Assembly (NCBI GenBank): GCA_001600815.1
Contig: BCKZ01000007.1
Location: 854,059-918,058, forward strand
Direction of reading: 5' to 3'
Length of the DNA stretch: 64,000 nucleotides
DNA from: Alloascoidea hylecoeti
Lineage: Eukaryota
In this document: positions 1-14,226 of the stretch, one piece after another
Layout of the letters: every line of letters starts with the position of its first letter
Position numbering within the stretch: the first letter of the stretch is position 1
The notes under the pieces: generated by a model
The model's input: only the letters and a program-made list of their open reading frames with translations
What the model was told of the DNA's origin: nothing
Databases searched by the model: none
Translations under genes and position numbers: made by a program

Positions 1-3000
1 ATTCGTTATTTCTAACCCCTTTGTCTCATTGATTTTTTCTAGATCATTATCACAGAGATTAGATTGTCTTTAATTTTATGTTCTGGATGGGTGGGCCATG
101 GGCCCAGAATCGAAACCCCAAAAAAAAGAGTGTTTCTGTTTATGTCAAATTTATTGTTAATATTAAATATTAAATATTAAACATTATATAAATTATATAT
201 TTTTTTCAATTAATCTACTATACAATGTAGCTATTAACTTTACAATTTCTATACGGCTTTAGAGTTATTATGATTTATTAAGAAGGGGCCCTGGAATAAA
301 GTTGTTGTAATTGTAATTGTCATCGACTTATCTTACACCCGAAACCCTATTAGAGCCATTCGTTTCAAACTCTAATCAAAATCAAAAGGATATCCTGATC
401 CATATTTCTCTATAATAACGAATAATATTAATCGTTTATTCATTAATCATATCCATTTAATTCATTAATTAGGTTTATATTAACGTACTACCTATTACCT
501 AATGAAAATAAATAATTATATTATATTAACATTTAGCTGCAGCTGTTAACTTTATAAATAGATACTGGTATATTATTAGATAAGCTTTGCAATTAGTTAC
601 ATACTCATGGTTATTAGTACCCAATTTCCAACAAAATAAACTTAGGTTAAGACGAGTAATAGATGTTTTTGTATTCTACATATATATAATCAACTACATA
701 GGAGCAATTGCAATTGAAATTGAGTGTCTTGAATCGACGTAATTATATATCATTTAAGATCATCCGAGTATTCACAATTTCACACCAATTGATGCAAATG
801 AGAATTAAAGTGAATGCAGCTGCAGTTATCTGCAACCGTCCGTACTCGTTTGATTTTATATACCTGTGTTTCTTATTTATTTACGAATGAAATGATAAGA
901 AATTTTATTTATGCTATATGTATTATATATATTTATCTACTTTCTCGTGATCCACGCTTGCAATTGGTTGTAGGCATGGATTTCAAACGCTGATTACGTT
1001 TATAATTTTCAATTTTCAAGCTTCATTTTGAAAAACCTGTACCCTTGTAAGAAGCCTATAACCTTCTTTGAAAAATTAAAAAATGCAGTGTATGAAAAAC
1101 ACATAATTAATTAATGCAATTGTTTTTAATTATCAATCAAAAATAAAAAGCAAACACAATATTAATTACCATATAAAATCAATTTCAAACGGATTTTATT
1201 GATATAATATTTTATTTATATTTCTTATGATTCATTATAAATAATATGTGGATCCGATTTCCTCATTCATATAAATCATCACATCAACTGATAGGTGGTG
1301 TGGCTGTTGGATCATCGTACCTAAAATTCTGCATTCCAGGCCACCTGCAAGACAATATTTACGTACACGCAGTATAAGAGGTTCGTAATTCTGCAAATCA
1401 TTTCCAACATCATAAATTTAGAATTAATATATTCCAGTCTTCTTAAGTTCTTATCGATATCTTATAAAAATAATGATATTCAAAAATTTCTCGGTATTCG
1501 AGAAGAAATATGATGCATAAGCGATCATTGGAATTAAGAAATTTCTCGGTTGCGGTAAGTATATAAGTTTATATGTCGATCACCACCTTCCTATATATTG
1601 AATTAAGTTTGCCGTTAGAAAAAACATTTAAAAAGTGCTCAACTGCATTGGTGCATAAACCTTCAAGGAACCACAACCTTTTTGTATTGTGTATACCAAA
1701 TATTAATAAAACCTCTTCACAATCGATCCACAGTTAGCTATCTACGTTGGTATCCCCACTAGTTCACAGCATGCAAGTCATATAGATAAAACTTAGCTTG
1801 TGGTATTATGAGAAATCAGTATAGAATCTATAGATAAGAAAATATATAAATGTAAATAAACCATTTCATTTTCAACTTTTCGTATAAGTTTGTGTTTTGG
1901 TATCTAACATCTTTGAAACAATTAATACTTTATAATACTTTATAATTGTCGTGCTTATATACAGTTGACGTTTTAAAAATTTTTGTGTAATAGCTTTAAA
2001 TCTACTAATATAGAGAACATATGATGATGTTGATGACCTCAGTTACAATCGCTTTATAAATTTATATGTTTAATAGATAAGACCAATTTTATGATTGAGT
2101 ATATGTGGGTTAACTTTATAATACATTGACAGCTTGGGGATTATGATGAAAAGGGATTAAGCTTGGTATTTATAGTTTTTGAAACTTAAAATCAAGAAAA
2201 GTAAGTTTCCTAAAACTAAGGAATGTGTTCGAAGGAATTTCCGAAACCTATATGATATCAACGTTAAATATAAACATGGTATTAACCATGAAAATTTTCA
2301 AAATCCGTTAAACTCGTTCTCCTTCTTCAAATCTCACATGTTATCAAAACAATCTTAATATTGTTAACCTTATATTCCCCTCTGTGGATAATTATAACCA
2401 ATAAATACGACGCTCAAATTTAGTTGTTAAACTTTAAATTTTGCAATTGTTCCTAATGGTTTATTCATAATTAATAATTTCAATTTCAAGGTAAAGTATT
2501 ACCTGGAGTCGGAGTTATGAAGTAACCATTAATCATTCTTACTTACAGCAGCTGGCAAGTGTACAATTTTAGTATTTTTTTGAATAACATTTAGTCTATT
2601 AATTAAAGTATATAACTTATATTACAGAATTCAGAGTAATACAGACAAAATATATACATGCTACTTCTGCGTGTACAGCGTTACTCAACATTTGACAGAT
2701 ATAATTTTTTACTTGGTAGAGTCAGGTAGACCATATACACTTATTACCATTGCCATCAAAATGTACTATTGATATATGTGCACCTACATTATTAGCATTT
2801 TTTAACTTATATATACTTATATTAACTGCTTGAACTTTCCTATCGGATACCCTTAATTTGAACATTTCCGATCATTGAAATTGGTAAAAAAAATAGAACA
2901 TGAATAATTTATTATCTATTTATAATATTGAACACATTTTTAAATTTTTGATGTAACCATATATGTAAGGGTTCAAATAACTCCATGAACTATACATCAG

Positions 3001-4760
3001 CAAAATTTTTACCATTATATTAAATTATAATTATAATAAATTTATAACTAGCTCCTCACGTCTGCCGATAGCACGCCATGTTATATATAGATCATGGTAT
3101 ATAGGATAACATTAATTTATGCTTATGTATCGTATATACTTATAAACCATATATGATAATATTAATGTGGGTTATATCGTTAGAGTCTTACTTGAATTGC
3201 CAATTGATTCTTGACACTTAGTAATACCGAGTGTCATAAAATTCAAATCCAACGGCTGCAGCTTAATTATAATATAAACTTATTGGTGGGTGAAGATTCT
3301 GAAGAAGAGTTAGATTAGTGCCAAAACGATGCATACGATCATCTTCGGCTCATTTAATTTAACCTTTAATTATTGAAGATTAAATATCTTACATTGAAAA
3401 TTATAATACCAGCAATGAATATGAAAATAATAATGGCATACGCATATTTATATAATTATAATTATATGTATCTAGTCTAGACTTTATAAAGCAACCAATG
3501 AGGAATAATAGTAAAGCAATTGGAGGAAGAAAAGTATTTAGTTGGATCTTTTGCTATTTAACGTGTGGATATTAATAGTAAGTCTATTATTAATATTGAC
3601 TATGTAATAAATATAGTACGCGTAAAGTATCAATGATGGCCGTATAGAGAAAATTAAAGCTAAAGCACAATAGTTCGGATCAATTAAAATATAATCTGTA
3701 TATGTAGTGGTATTTTTGCATAGTTTGAAACATCAAGCACTTCAGACAATACAAGTATTGAAGACATTTTCTTTTATTAATAAATATGGTTATATTAGGC
3801 AAGTTTTTCAGCCTTTTGGGAAACTGTCATTTCTGGTTAAGGGAATTTACATCTGAGGGTTGTACTTTCGATTGGTTTATTCGTCATCGGATCATTTAAT
3901 CTAAGACATTCATTCTTAAATGGGAATGAAAGGCTTAAACGTGATTTTCCACAAAACCTTCTTTTTACAAAAAATCGTGATAAACCTCTAATGTGGTGAG
4001 AACTAGGTGTAATTACACATATATTAGTATAGTACATCTTCTAATTCATTATATATATGAGCAATTTTTGTTCATTATGTACCCCATATTGATACTATTG
4101 TGCATTTAATTACCAATTGAAATGAATGTTATATATAATCGGTATATATAACATATAATAACATATAATAATTGATATAATTAATGAACGAGAGGTTTGT
4201 ATTATGGGGCTCACAGGGCCGGTGATCGGTATGAATAGATTACTGACTCGACAGATGGCCACAATACTCAATTCCGTTGAAATTTATTTCCGGTTGCGTT
4301 CATAATTATATAATATATGTTCATGGTATATTATATAGACCCATCCATTGTTTATATATGCTATACATGTATACATCTTCTGAAACTTTCCATTTATTGG
4401 TTTAAGCGTATGTCTCTCATGTTACACCCTTATCAGTGTGAGCACTGTGAGGAATCCGAGGATCTAATTAAGCTCTAAATGTCTTTCAGTTTAATTATAT
4501 TGTATATTATTAGAATTTAAGTAAAATATATTAACAATACACTAAAACTATATATAGCTTTATGACATATATGCTAGTACTATCTAGTTAGTGTTTTGGA
4601 AAATGTATTGATTTCATACCATGGCCATGGATAAATTTCTTCTCTTTGCATTCATACTTTTGTATGTTGCTGATACGAAATTGGAAATAAAAATGTTCTG
4701 GTTTCTGTGAATCATGATCATGAAGAGCCATGAAAAAAATTCCTGTCTTATAGCTAAATA

Positions 4761-5473
4761 GTTACCGGTAAACAGTCGCGATATGCATTGAAGAAAGAAT
4801 CCCGCTTCTCTAGCAGCTTTTTAAGAAACTAGAGTTCGTGGAATATAACGTTATATCTCACATAACGCATTATATTGTACCACACACATAGCATTGTCTC
4901 GGACATGGTACCGGAGGCTTTCAAAAGGTTCTATATATTCACTTAAATTTATGAATTTGATACCGTGCTACACGTTGCTTTAATTTCAACCTTCCGGTTT
5001 TTAAATGCGGTTAAAAATACAGTATGAAAGGGGTTTTTAAAGAAAGAGTATTTTGGGGTTAAGTTATCGTGGTGCACGTGTATGAAGTTAACCACATCCT
5101 TAATTTTATTTTTGTTGCGTAATCATTATGTAATGGAAAGAATACTTATTCTGTATTGTATTTATCTATAAACCTCAAAAAAATACTGTTATAATGGAGT
5201 TACGGATAAACAGTTGTGATACGCAGTTTAGAATGAATTTCGCTTCTTTAGCGGCTTTTTAAGAAACTACAGTTTGTGATATAACGTTATACCTCACATA
5301 ACGCATATAAGATATATTGTACCACACATACATAGCGCGATGTCTCGGGAGGCTTTTGTGTGTAAAGATATCGTGATATTGTAGCTACCACACCCCCAAA
5401 TTTATTTTTTCTATAACAATTATGTAATGAAAGGGATATATTTATTTTGGATCTTATTTATCTATAAACCTCA
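4761..5473 (+). repeat. Diverged tandem duplication (copy 1 ~4761-5177, copy 2 ~5199-5473)
   Basis: Colinear shared blocks: CGCTTCT.TAGC.GCTTTTTAAGAAACTA, ATATAACGTTATA.CTCACATAACGCAT, TATATTGTACCACACA, ATTATGTAATG and TATTTATCTATAAACCTCA. Copy 2 is shorter internally. Confidence 0.85.
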
Positions 5474-6229
5474 CGCCAAAGATCTCATCTATATGAGGTC
5501 TGAGGCCCGAGGTCATAGTCAACGTTAACATACAGAGAATAATAAATAGCGCTTTGAAAGTAGCACAATATTTTACAGTATATGCACAAAATTTAAAAAC
5601 TTCCAATTGATAGACCTGTAGCTATAAGCTTACCCACGTAGGTCTTTACATAGAAACATATGATTATTATGTAATTTAATAGAGAGAGATTAGAAACTGG
5701 ATTGGATTGTATAAAAGGATTCTTTAGGATATATAGATAATTGGTCACATTATTCAATACGTAAGTATGGTATTTTTAATGGTATGACACCATTTTTGTA
5801 ATTATATCCGGATTGTATATGCATAGACATTCATCAAGCTTTTGACATCCTCGATTAATACAGTACGAAAGTTATACTGGATATTGAGGTGTTTCGATTT
5901 CGATAGGTTTCGAAATGAGCTCGAAAGTATTATATGTAGATTCCTATTTTGAGGTTGTTGTTCATCAATATGATGAATAAATTATCTGACATATTCAAAA
6001 AAGTTGCAAAATGGTACGTATAGTTAGCTATTTCTATGTGACAATGAGAAAGAAAGTGGGTTAATAATCCTTTTGCCCAGAATTCATATGAATGTTTGGT
6101 ATTCTCTTAATTGATACATCGATATTTTCAACTTATTAATAATGAAAATTTAAACCACCTATGTATACCTATCGCTAATTTACCTTATATATGAGAAAAC
6201 TAATTGGAATATATAAATCTGATCCCCAT

Positions 6230-7175
6230 GTAGATGTAAATCTTATAGTAGGGAAGCTCAAATAATATAATACAGCTATACAATCAAAATGAAGCGTAAT
6301 CACCACCATAAGATAATAAAAAAAGTTCATATTTCAGATGATTAATATTATAACTTATGAGATTATTACAGGGTAAGTTTTGTAACAGCCGCAAGAGCCT
6401 ATATCATAAGAAACACAAAAGTAAAAACATTTTTTAAAAAATTTAACAAAATTATTTATTGTCTATCGATATCTACAAGGTACTCAATTAATTCCATCGA
6501 AGTGGGATACAGGAGAATCTGGTATTATTTTTTATATATTTTTACAAGCATTTTGTATAGCTTAATAGTTGAAATACTTCGTAAAGATGGAGGTATGTTC
6601 TCCGAATCATTCACCATTTCTCCAATTTAATCAAGGTTAAGAATAGTCTAAATAGGTGTAATATTGACAAGCCACTTGCATTAACTCTAGGAGACTTCGA
6701 TAGTTTCCGGTGAATTGAGTGCTTGGTGTGGCACATATCCAGTAGTAGCACAGACAGGACTTAAACATATATGCAGCAGATGGGCAATTGCAATCTTCTT
6801 ACCAGAAATCGAATATTCTTAAAACGAATCGGCCAACCACTTCATATTTTGTTTATCAGCCTATTTAGTGAGTCGTCCGTAAGCAACGGACGTATTCTAC
6901 CTTCTGAGTGACACCAAAGGTTTGTAAAATCTAAAAAATATATTAACAGATTCTCCTGTCCCACCTAAGATGCGTACCTTTTATATAAAATGACAACAAT
7001 TTTGTTAAATTTTAAAACTTTTGTGCTTCTTATGATATGTTATCACGATTATTAACATTTTGGCGGTTATTATGAAACTTACCCTATACTTGAACTTGCA
7101 ACAATTCCTCGATAAGTTTACTTATCTGATTGTAGCTATAATTACTAACTTACTATATTTATAGATTTAGCTATT
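6230..7175. repeat. Long imperfect inverted repeat (foldback), arms ~6230-6557 and ~6912-7175
   Basis: AGGGTAAGTTT (6370) / AAACTTACCCT (7075); TATCATAAGAAACACAAAAG / CTTTTGTGCTTCTTATGATA; AAAATTTAACAAAATT / AATTTTGTTAAATTTT; ACAGGAGAATCTG / CAGATTCTCCTGT. All blocks are in mirror order. Confidence 0.85.
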
Positions 7176-8401
7176 TATTTAGAGAATGCATCTATATGTC
7201 TCTAGTGGACTCTCTACAATTTACAACGAATTGTATTAAATATCTTATGGTCAAGAAATGCTAAGTCCTTCTAGACCATTCCCTATAACTCCGTTAACAA
7301 TGGTATCATTAATATTATGCCTAATTATAGAGGTCAATGGTATTAATTATAAGCTTAAACTATAGCTAACGGTGGAACATCTTTTCTCTCTATGGCCAAT
7401 TCCGTGAAACAAGCATAATTCCTGTATTAAGTATATGTCAGCTATTATCATATGGAGTACCTTCAACATATGTCAAGATCATCTTATATTTTTGATCACA
7501 TATAATTATATGGATATAAATTTATAGCTAGATATCTCCGGCAGTATGTTCAAATGGTGTAATTACTTAAAATTAATATTTCAATTGCTTGTCCTCGACA
7601 TTACAGGTTATATCCTTGAATAAAAATAAACAAAAAATTAAATTTTATGTATCGAATCTTGAGGGGGAGATACGCGTGGGTTTTTATTTTTATTACATAT
7701 ATCTTCTGCACAGAGCAGTTTTGAGCCAATATTTCCCTCTGAAAATGAGGGGCTTATATAATCTTTGTAAGCATCGATCATTCAAATTGGTATTAAAAAG
7801 CGTGTAGAACAGCCAAACGACTTATCTGCTTTTTAAAGACTGATAAGTTGATATTATGCATACTAAATGGAGTATGGAGCGGTTATCTACCAACCTGAAA
7901 CCATACGATAAGGTACTTTCCATTGCATATATCGTATTATATCCACTTCATACTTTTTGTGAATCCGAATTTCGAAGTAATTCAGTTGAGAGATCGTGCG
8001 ACTTTTTGGCGTAACGGGTTCTATTAGGCAGGTTAATAATATGAAAAAAAGATTATAGATACTCAAAATTTACGAATATATTTTGCATATAATTATAAGA
8101 TTGTTAGATGGTTACCGCTAGATAATAATAGCTATGTGCATCTCATTTAGTATTATTTTTTTAATTAATATTACAATCGTATTCGTTACTATAATTATTT
8201 ATAACTTTAGGGGTATAACTTAGCTAGTAAATTATATAATGAAAGAAGATATAGAATTCGAAAATACGTATACAATATAACCAGCTGCAAAATATTTAGG
8301 TAATAGGAATTCGAAGAGAAAAGTCAATTGGAACCTTTTATGATATATGCAAACATTTACTATTGAAAATTACATATAATATCATTATTAATGTTTTAGA
8401 G

Positions 8402-10072
8402 TTATATCCTAATTCGAATTCTACCATCTATAGCTAATGATGGTGATATATCAGAAGATTCTGATGGATTCTGATCATTTATATCATGTTTTGCTATTTT
8501 CGAATCCGAGACTTTCGATTGAAGCATATTGTCTTGAATTGGAAACTCCAATTGCAAGTTCATATCAATTGATGAGGTAGGGGTAATGGGTTGAAATTGA
8601 TGCTCATGCTCCTCATCAGTTATACTATCATTATCCCCATTTTTTATCGGATTTTCTGACAACAATCCGCAGTCATAATTATCATGATCTGCAGACCCTT
8701 TGAAAACACTGGAGCTCATAAAATTACTTTCATCTGTAGATTCTCTGGCTATAGATCTTGACATTTCTATATTTTTCTTCTGAAGTCCTGATATTTCATC
8801 CTGTAATCGTAATACTTCTTTCTCTAATCTTTTCCCAAATACATCAATATAATATGTCGCACCATTATAAGCAGCAACTGAAAATATCATAGTTAGAAAC
8901 AGAGTAGATAAGTAAATGTTTGAATACCAAATTGGGCATAATAACATTGTACTTAATTGATAACCAAATTGAATAAAAGAGAATGCAATTACTGGGTATG
9001 GTTCAGGTAAGCTATTAACATATCTTCCTATAGGCTTCTTAGCATATGCCTTTCTCAACCACTCAAATGATGTAATAGTCCCTGCTTTAATCTTATCCTT
9101 ACTTTTAATGGTGATGAAATAATGATAAGAAAATTGCCAGATAAAATAACAAATACTAGTCCAAATCATTCCATACATAAATCTCCAATGAATAACTTTA
9201 TTGGCTCCTAAGAATCTTGCTGCTTTATAATCTGGAGACAATTCATGTGTGATAACATGAAAAGTAACTGGAGGTAATATATGAATATAAGTACTTGTTA
9301 ATTTATCAAGTGAATGAAGTACAAGAGAATTTCTCCAAGTAATAACAGCCCATGATAATGTTCCAAAAGTTAAAGCATAACAACTAATAAATAATTTTTG
9401 TGACATTGGAAACACCCATATAAACAATAAGCATAAAACATTAACAAAATAACATAAGTCTGCTAAAAAAAAATGATATAGTTTCTTCTTATATGTATAT
9501 ATTCTAATAGGCATTAGTATGATGAGTTCGACTGTATATAAAATATGGAACCAATTGGGCCAATGACCAATAACATAACCACATAAGAAAATATTAAATA
9601 ATGAACAAGCAAATGAAATCTTTTCTGTAATGGATACGGCATTTGCACTACTAAGTCTCTTATCAAGTCTATCGATTTGAGTAGTGAATTGTTTAAGTAA
9701 ATACTCAATATCTTCTTCGTGTTCTTTCAATAGACGTTTCTGTTTACTAGCCAACTTCTTGAACTTTATGGATCTATTTTTCACTGATGTGTTTATTTTC
9801 TTTGATATATTTAAAGTGTTAAATGTATCAAAGAAGTCACGGACCCCAAAGCGGTCCAATTGAAATAGTGGTTCATCTAATGAAAACAATGAAACTGAAG
9901 AGGATCTTCTAGAGTATTGAGAGGTCTCAGTACTATAACTAATATCAGAACCAGGGGTCGAAGGATTTGAGTTCGGTACGGACAATGGGGTCGAAAATAT
10001 CCAATTCTTCCGTAGGTCTTCATCGATAGCTTCATTCACATGTGTGTGAGTATTGTCTTTGTCAATGCCCAT
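8402..10072 (-). CDS. GPC1: Glycerophosphocholine acyltransferase (DUF2838)
   Basis: Multi-TM ORF with HFFLADLCYFVN, FGTLSWAVITWRNSLVLHSLDKLTS.YIHILPP and YNGATYYIDVFG motifs. The first ATG is at 10072 (the ORF track starts at a GTG). Confidence 0.88.
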   Translation of the reverse strand: MGIDKDNTHTHVNEAIDEDLRKNWIFSTPLSVPNSNPSTPGSDISYSTETSQYSRRSSSVSLFSLDEPLFQLDRFGVRDFFDTFNTLNISKKINTSVKNRSIKFKKLASKQKRLLKEHEEDIEYLLKQFTTQIDRLDKRLSSANAVSITEKISFACSLFNIFLCGYVIGHWPNWFHILYTVELIILMPIRIYTYKKKLYHFFLADLCYFVNVLCLLFIWVFPMSQKLFISCYALTFGTLSWAVITWRNSLVLHSLDKLTSTYIHILPPVTFHVITHELSPDYKAARFLGANKVIHWRFMYGMIWTSICYFIWQFSYHYFITIKSKDKIKAGTITSFEWLRKAYAKKPIGRYVNSLPEPYPVIAFSFIQFGYQLSTMLLCPIWYSNIYLSTLFLTMIFSVAAYNGATYYIDVFGKRLEKEVLRLQDEISGLQKKNIEMSRSIARESTDESNFMSSSVFKGSADHDNYDCGLLSENPIKNGDNDSITDEEHEHQFQPITPTSSIDMNLQLEFPIQDNMLQSKVSDSKIAKHDINDQNPSESSDISPSLAIDGRIRIRI

Positions 10073-10776
10073 TTGTGTCACTTTTTTAAAATAGAATATA
10101 TTATAGAGATGACATTCAAAATTTCGAACTGGGTATCTATTTATATTCCATGCTTAACCCCACAAAGAACGCAATTGATTAATGGAAATAGGAATAATTA
10201 TGAAGAATAAGTCCGAGCTGGAGAATGTGTTGGCAAATTAAATTTGGAGGGTTTAAGAAATTGTTGAATACCATTCAGGGTCATGTTGGGTGTCTTCATT
10301 TAATTGTAGTTACATGTGATACATGTATCATGGCCATGTCTATTGTAATATGAAATTAAGAAGATGACCTCGTAAATAACAAAAATTTCACTCAACATTA
10401 ATATTTCAATATTTCCATTGTTGATTCATCGATGCTAGCACCTAAAAGATTATTCCTTTTTGTATTTAACTACACTAAATAGTTAGGACATGGGCACAAT
10501 TTTTTGAATGTAATTATAGGGTTAATTATTAGAAAGCTGTAATTTATCAAGAGCCATAAAATCTAAAAAAGTTACAAGGGCAAAAAAATAAGTGTTAAAA
10601 TTTAATGTCAGCTTTAAAACGAATGTAAGTTATAAATTTAGAACTAAAGTAGCAACTAGAATATCATTAACAATTGCAAGAAGATACATAAATAACCGAA
10701 ATCATAGCGACATCTAAATCGCGATCGTATATCAGACACAAAATCTTTCAATAAAATATCAATTAATTATTATTAA

Positions 10777-11955
10777 TTATTTATGTGCTTCTAAATCATC
10801 AGGTTCTGCAGAAATCTCAGCTTCAGCATCTTGTTTCAAAGTTTGTAATTGGGGTAATAATTGCGACAAAGATTCAAAAGCAGTCTTATGGAACTTTAAT
10901 TGTGCTTCAACTATTATAGATAATAGACCAATTGATTCAGCAGGTTCAATTAAATTTTTCATGGCAGTTGTAGCAATAGTAGTAGCAGCGACAAATTCAT
11001 CTTCCGCTGCTTCCAAATCCAAACGAATAGTCTCTTGTTTTTCTGGTTTAGAATTCTTTGCTTCAAATCGAAGATTATCGAATTCTAATCTAGCCACTCT
11101 AACTTTTTTTCTTTTTGATTCAGCGTCAGCAAATCCAATAGATATAGCTTTATGAATTCCTTGATTAAAGTTTGTACTAATAAGTTCGTCTTGAATTAAT
11201 CTAGCTTGACCGATAGAATCTTCAGTTTCGCCAATCTTAGATAGTGCTTCAGATAAGATGGAGGTTTCATCTTGTAATTCAGCCCTTGATGTAAGTACAA
11301 CTCTACTGATAGCATGATTTAAAGTTTTTGGGTTCTGATTTGTAGAAGTATTCAAAATGGCTTCAGCTTCAGCTGCAGAGTTAGCAGTAGATAATCCTTG
11401 GACTTTAGAAGAAAAAGATTTTGAAAAATCGGAAAAGGTTTCGCGCTAGTTATTATTAGTCTTTTGGCACACGATCAAATAAATGAATGGAAGACTTACC
11501 AGATTGGATGGATAATCATAAGCTTCAGAATCATAAACGGAGCTGAACCAATAATGAGTTAATAAATAATTTTGAAACGGCAGGCAGGACCAAGAAAGAA
11601 CAATTGCATGCAATCTAAGATATCAAATCATAATGTTTGAACTTACGTGACAGAGACCAGTTTTTTATAGACAATTTTTAAAGTATCAACTTTCTTTTCA
11701 AGATCAAGGTATTCCTGAGGTAATTCACTCTAGCAAACAGTTAGTGGTTTCATTAAAAGAAAAAAAATAAGTTGCCACACAGATGCATACTATCTCATCA
11801 GCATTGCCCAACTTTTCCTGAACCATTCTTGTTGTGCGCTTGGCAATTGGGGTGATGGTTGCACCAATTCCCTGGAGCTCTCTCAGTCCCTCATTGAGAC
11901 CTCCTTGTAAGTTATTGGTAAGACTCTGGAAGGTTTGTCCGAAATTGAAAGCCAT
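10777..11955 (-). CDS. GVP36: BAR-domain protein Gvp36, 4 exons (11955-11791, 11729-11647, 11542-11500, 11445-10777)
   Basis: Introns GTATGC..TAG, GTAAGT..CAG and GTAAGT..TAG splice in frame to give ...VQEKLGNADEI-SELPQEYLDLEKKVD...YDYPSNLRETF...PKTLNHAISR...LEAAEDEFV. Confidence 0.88.
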
Positions 11956-12146
11956 GATGTGTAAAATGGAAGGTGTAGATTTCAAACAAACTAAGAAACA
12001 AAAAAAAACGGAGGTGTGAGAAAGCCGGGTGACTCTGATCATGTGACCCGTTATCGTATTACTCAGAAATTGTGCAATATTAGTAATCCTGCATTATAAT
12101 ACAACAAAACAATCCTACCCTGCTACTCCAATACAATAATCTTCTG

Positions 12147-12920
12147 ATGCCTGTCAACGATCATACTTCCCTAGTGTTAATCCATTACTCAAGCCTCACT
12201 GATACTTTACAAGGAATATCAATCAAATATGGCGTAGAAATGTCCCTTCTGAAACAAGCAAACCGAATATGGAGGGATGTCGATGTTTGCTTAAAGAAGT
12301 TCCTTTTTATTCCTCTTGATCCCCTAGTCTTAAAAACTAACAAAAATATGATATATCAACCGTTAAATAGTACTTCTTCAGCAAGTGGCACGGAAGAATT
12401 TCTTTTGGAAACTTTTGGATCCATAGAAAAGGATAATATTGATATGAATAGTCTTTCCCGGAATCAGCTTTCCACTTATAAACCACAACAATTACTACAA
12501 CAAATTCATCAAATAGTAAACAATGACATCCAAGAACAACTTCTCTTAAAGGAACGGAAAGCTCAGTTTACAATATGTGGATATTGTCTCGATGGTGATT
12601 TTGCTCGGATACTTGGTCATGTGCCCATGAAATATTTAGGTTATTTCCAATCAACAAACCCACGGCCGCCAAGCCGTGCTGAAATTTTAAACATAGAGCA
12701 AAGCTTGAACGAATACAAGCGTTGGCTTCCTAACGATAATACAAAAGATCATAGTTTCGTTAATCAACATGATGTATATGGTAGTGAAACATTTTCAAAT
12801 TATGGGCATTTGGATTCATTTTATGACATTTTGTTTTCAATATTTACTAGTTTACAATCATGTATTTTTAAAGGAAAAGACTTGGGAGATGAAATTGAAT
12901 TAAGAAAGAAAAATGTTTGA
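12147..12920 (+). CDS. LysM-domain protein, divergent from GVP36
   Basis: The N-terminal IHYSSLTDTLQGISIKYGVEMSLLKQANRIW...LFIP matches the LysM pattern. No signal peptide is evident. Confidence 0.75.
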   Translation: MPVNDHTSLVLIHYSSLTDTLQGISIKYGVEMSLLKQANRIWRDVDVCLKKFLFIPLDPLVLKTNKNMIYQPLNSTSSASGTEEFLLETFGSIEKDNIDMNSLSRNQLSTYKPQQLLQQIHQIVNNDIQEQLLLKERKAQFTICGYCLDGDFARILGHVPMKYLGYFQSTNPRPPSRAEILNIEQSLNEYKRWLPNDNTKDHSFVNQHDVYGSETFSNYGHLDSFYDILFSIFTSLQSCIFKGKDLGDEIELRKKNV

Positions 12921-12994
12921 ATTAGAAGCTTAAGGTTTATTTGATTTGTTATTCAAACGTAGAGGATGTGCCATTTACTGATGTGGGTGTTTAT

Positions 12995-13069
12995 TTTTTT
13001 GTTTTTTGTTTTTTGTTTTTTGTTTTTTGTTTTTTGTTTTTTGTTTTTTGTTTTTTGTTTTTTGTTTTG
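12995..13069 (+). repeat. (TTTTTTG)n microsatellite, about 10 copies
   Basis: Read directly from the sequence. Confidence 0.95.
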
Positions 13070-13810
13070 ATGCTATGTATTATGGTAGAGTTTAAATTGA
13101 TCATTTGCTTTCAGTTTTTCATATTTAATTGTAATCATACTTTGCTATAACTTATTATTTAGCTACTATTATAGACAGTATTAGACACACGCCATAATAT
13201 ACTTTTATAATGTAGACAATATATAAATATTAACACTTGCGTAATCTCAATAAAACCCAGTCTTTCTTCATTAGTGATTCATCACCGATATCCATTTGAA
13301 GCTTATCGAAAATTTCCATAATATCTCCGGATCCCCGATTAATTCATAACTTTAATCCTTCCCTTTCTGTCACATAAGTTTAATGTCTTTAAACGTGTCA
13401 TATAAATACACATATACGGAGCAGTGAACACCTTCAATCATTTATACATCGATTGGTTTCAAATTATGGCCATCAATATTAATGTTGTTTCTGAGAAAGA
13501 CATATTTTGATTTGAAGTGGAATCCTGTTAGAATTCATGCAGATATGCCTATTTTGGTCGTGTCAGCAGTCTCGGGTTTACGCACGACTTTATTATGCCA
13601 TTTAATGAATAAAATGGGTATCCCGGTTATAATTATATGATATGGAGTCTACTACGGATATTTTGTTTTTTTGGGATATATTAATCGTGCTGGGCTTATA
13701 CGCAGTTGTAGTGTACCATTCCAAGTTAGCAGGTACATTTATAAACAATCTTTCAAGTAGCTATTACCATTTGAATTCAATAGTTAGATATTTAGTATAA
13801 CTTGACTTGA

Positions 13811-14226
13811 AATATTCTAGCAACAAATACATGTACACTTATATTAAAGTCAGGAAAATCTTTCTTCTCTTATACATTAGTATTGTATAATACTTACAGG
13901 TAGTTAGTATTTTGTATTGTTATTATATATTGAGTGGAATCATTATAGACTATTTAGGTTACAGCTTATATTTATATATTTAGTAATCGGATTAATGAAA
14001 TAAAGAAGGATAAATGGATGTGGTTTAGTAATAGGGGCTAAAGACTAAGAGCTCATTTAAACGAGTTAATAATCTTCCTAATATAGTTATAAATTATTAT
14101 TAAGAGTGAGAAAATAAAAGTTTCCACTTACATTCGAAAATTGATTGACCGCCGAGAAAATTAACGAACCATCAGAAACTTTGCTTGAATTATAATTAAC
14201 CACAGTCTGAAATTAACAGGCACATA
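13811..14226 (+). repeat. Left arm of long inverted repeat (partner 18870-19315)
   Basis: 14086-14226 is a near-identical reverse complement of 18870-19007 (few substitutions, one 3-bp indel). 13811-13874 matches 19261-19314. Confidence 0.9.

Noticed and set aside
12941..13150. 69-aa Phe-rich ORF
   Set aside because: Artefact of the TTTTTTG microsatellite.
13230..13760. Coding-like minus-strand fragments (e.g. DIMEIFDKLQMDIGDE)
   Set aside because: Multiple stops and no family I can recognise; possibly a pseudogene but unsupported.
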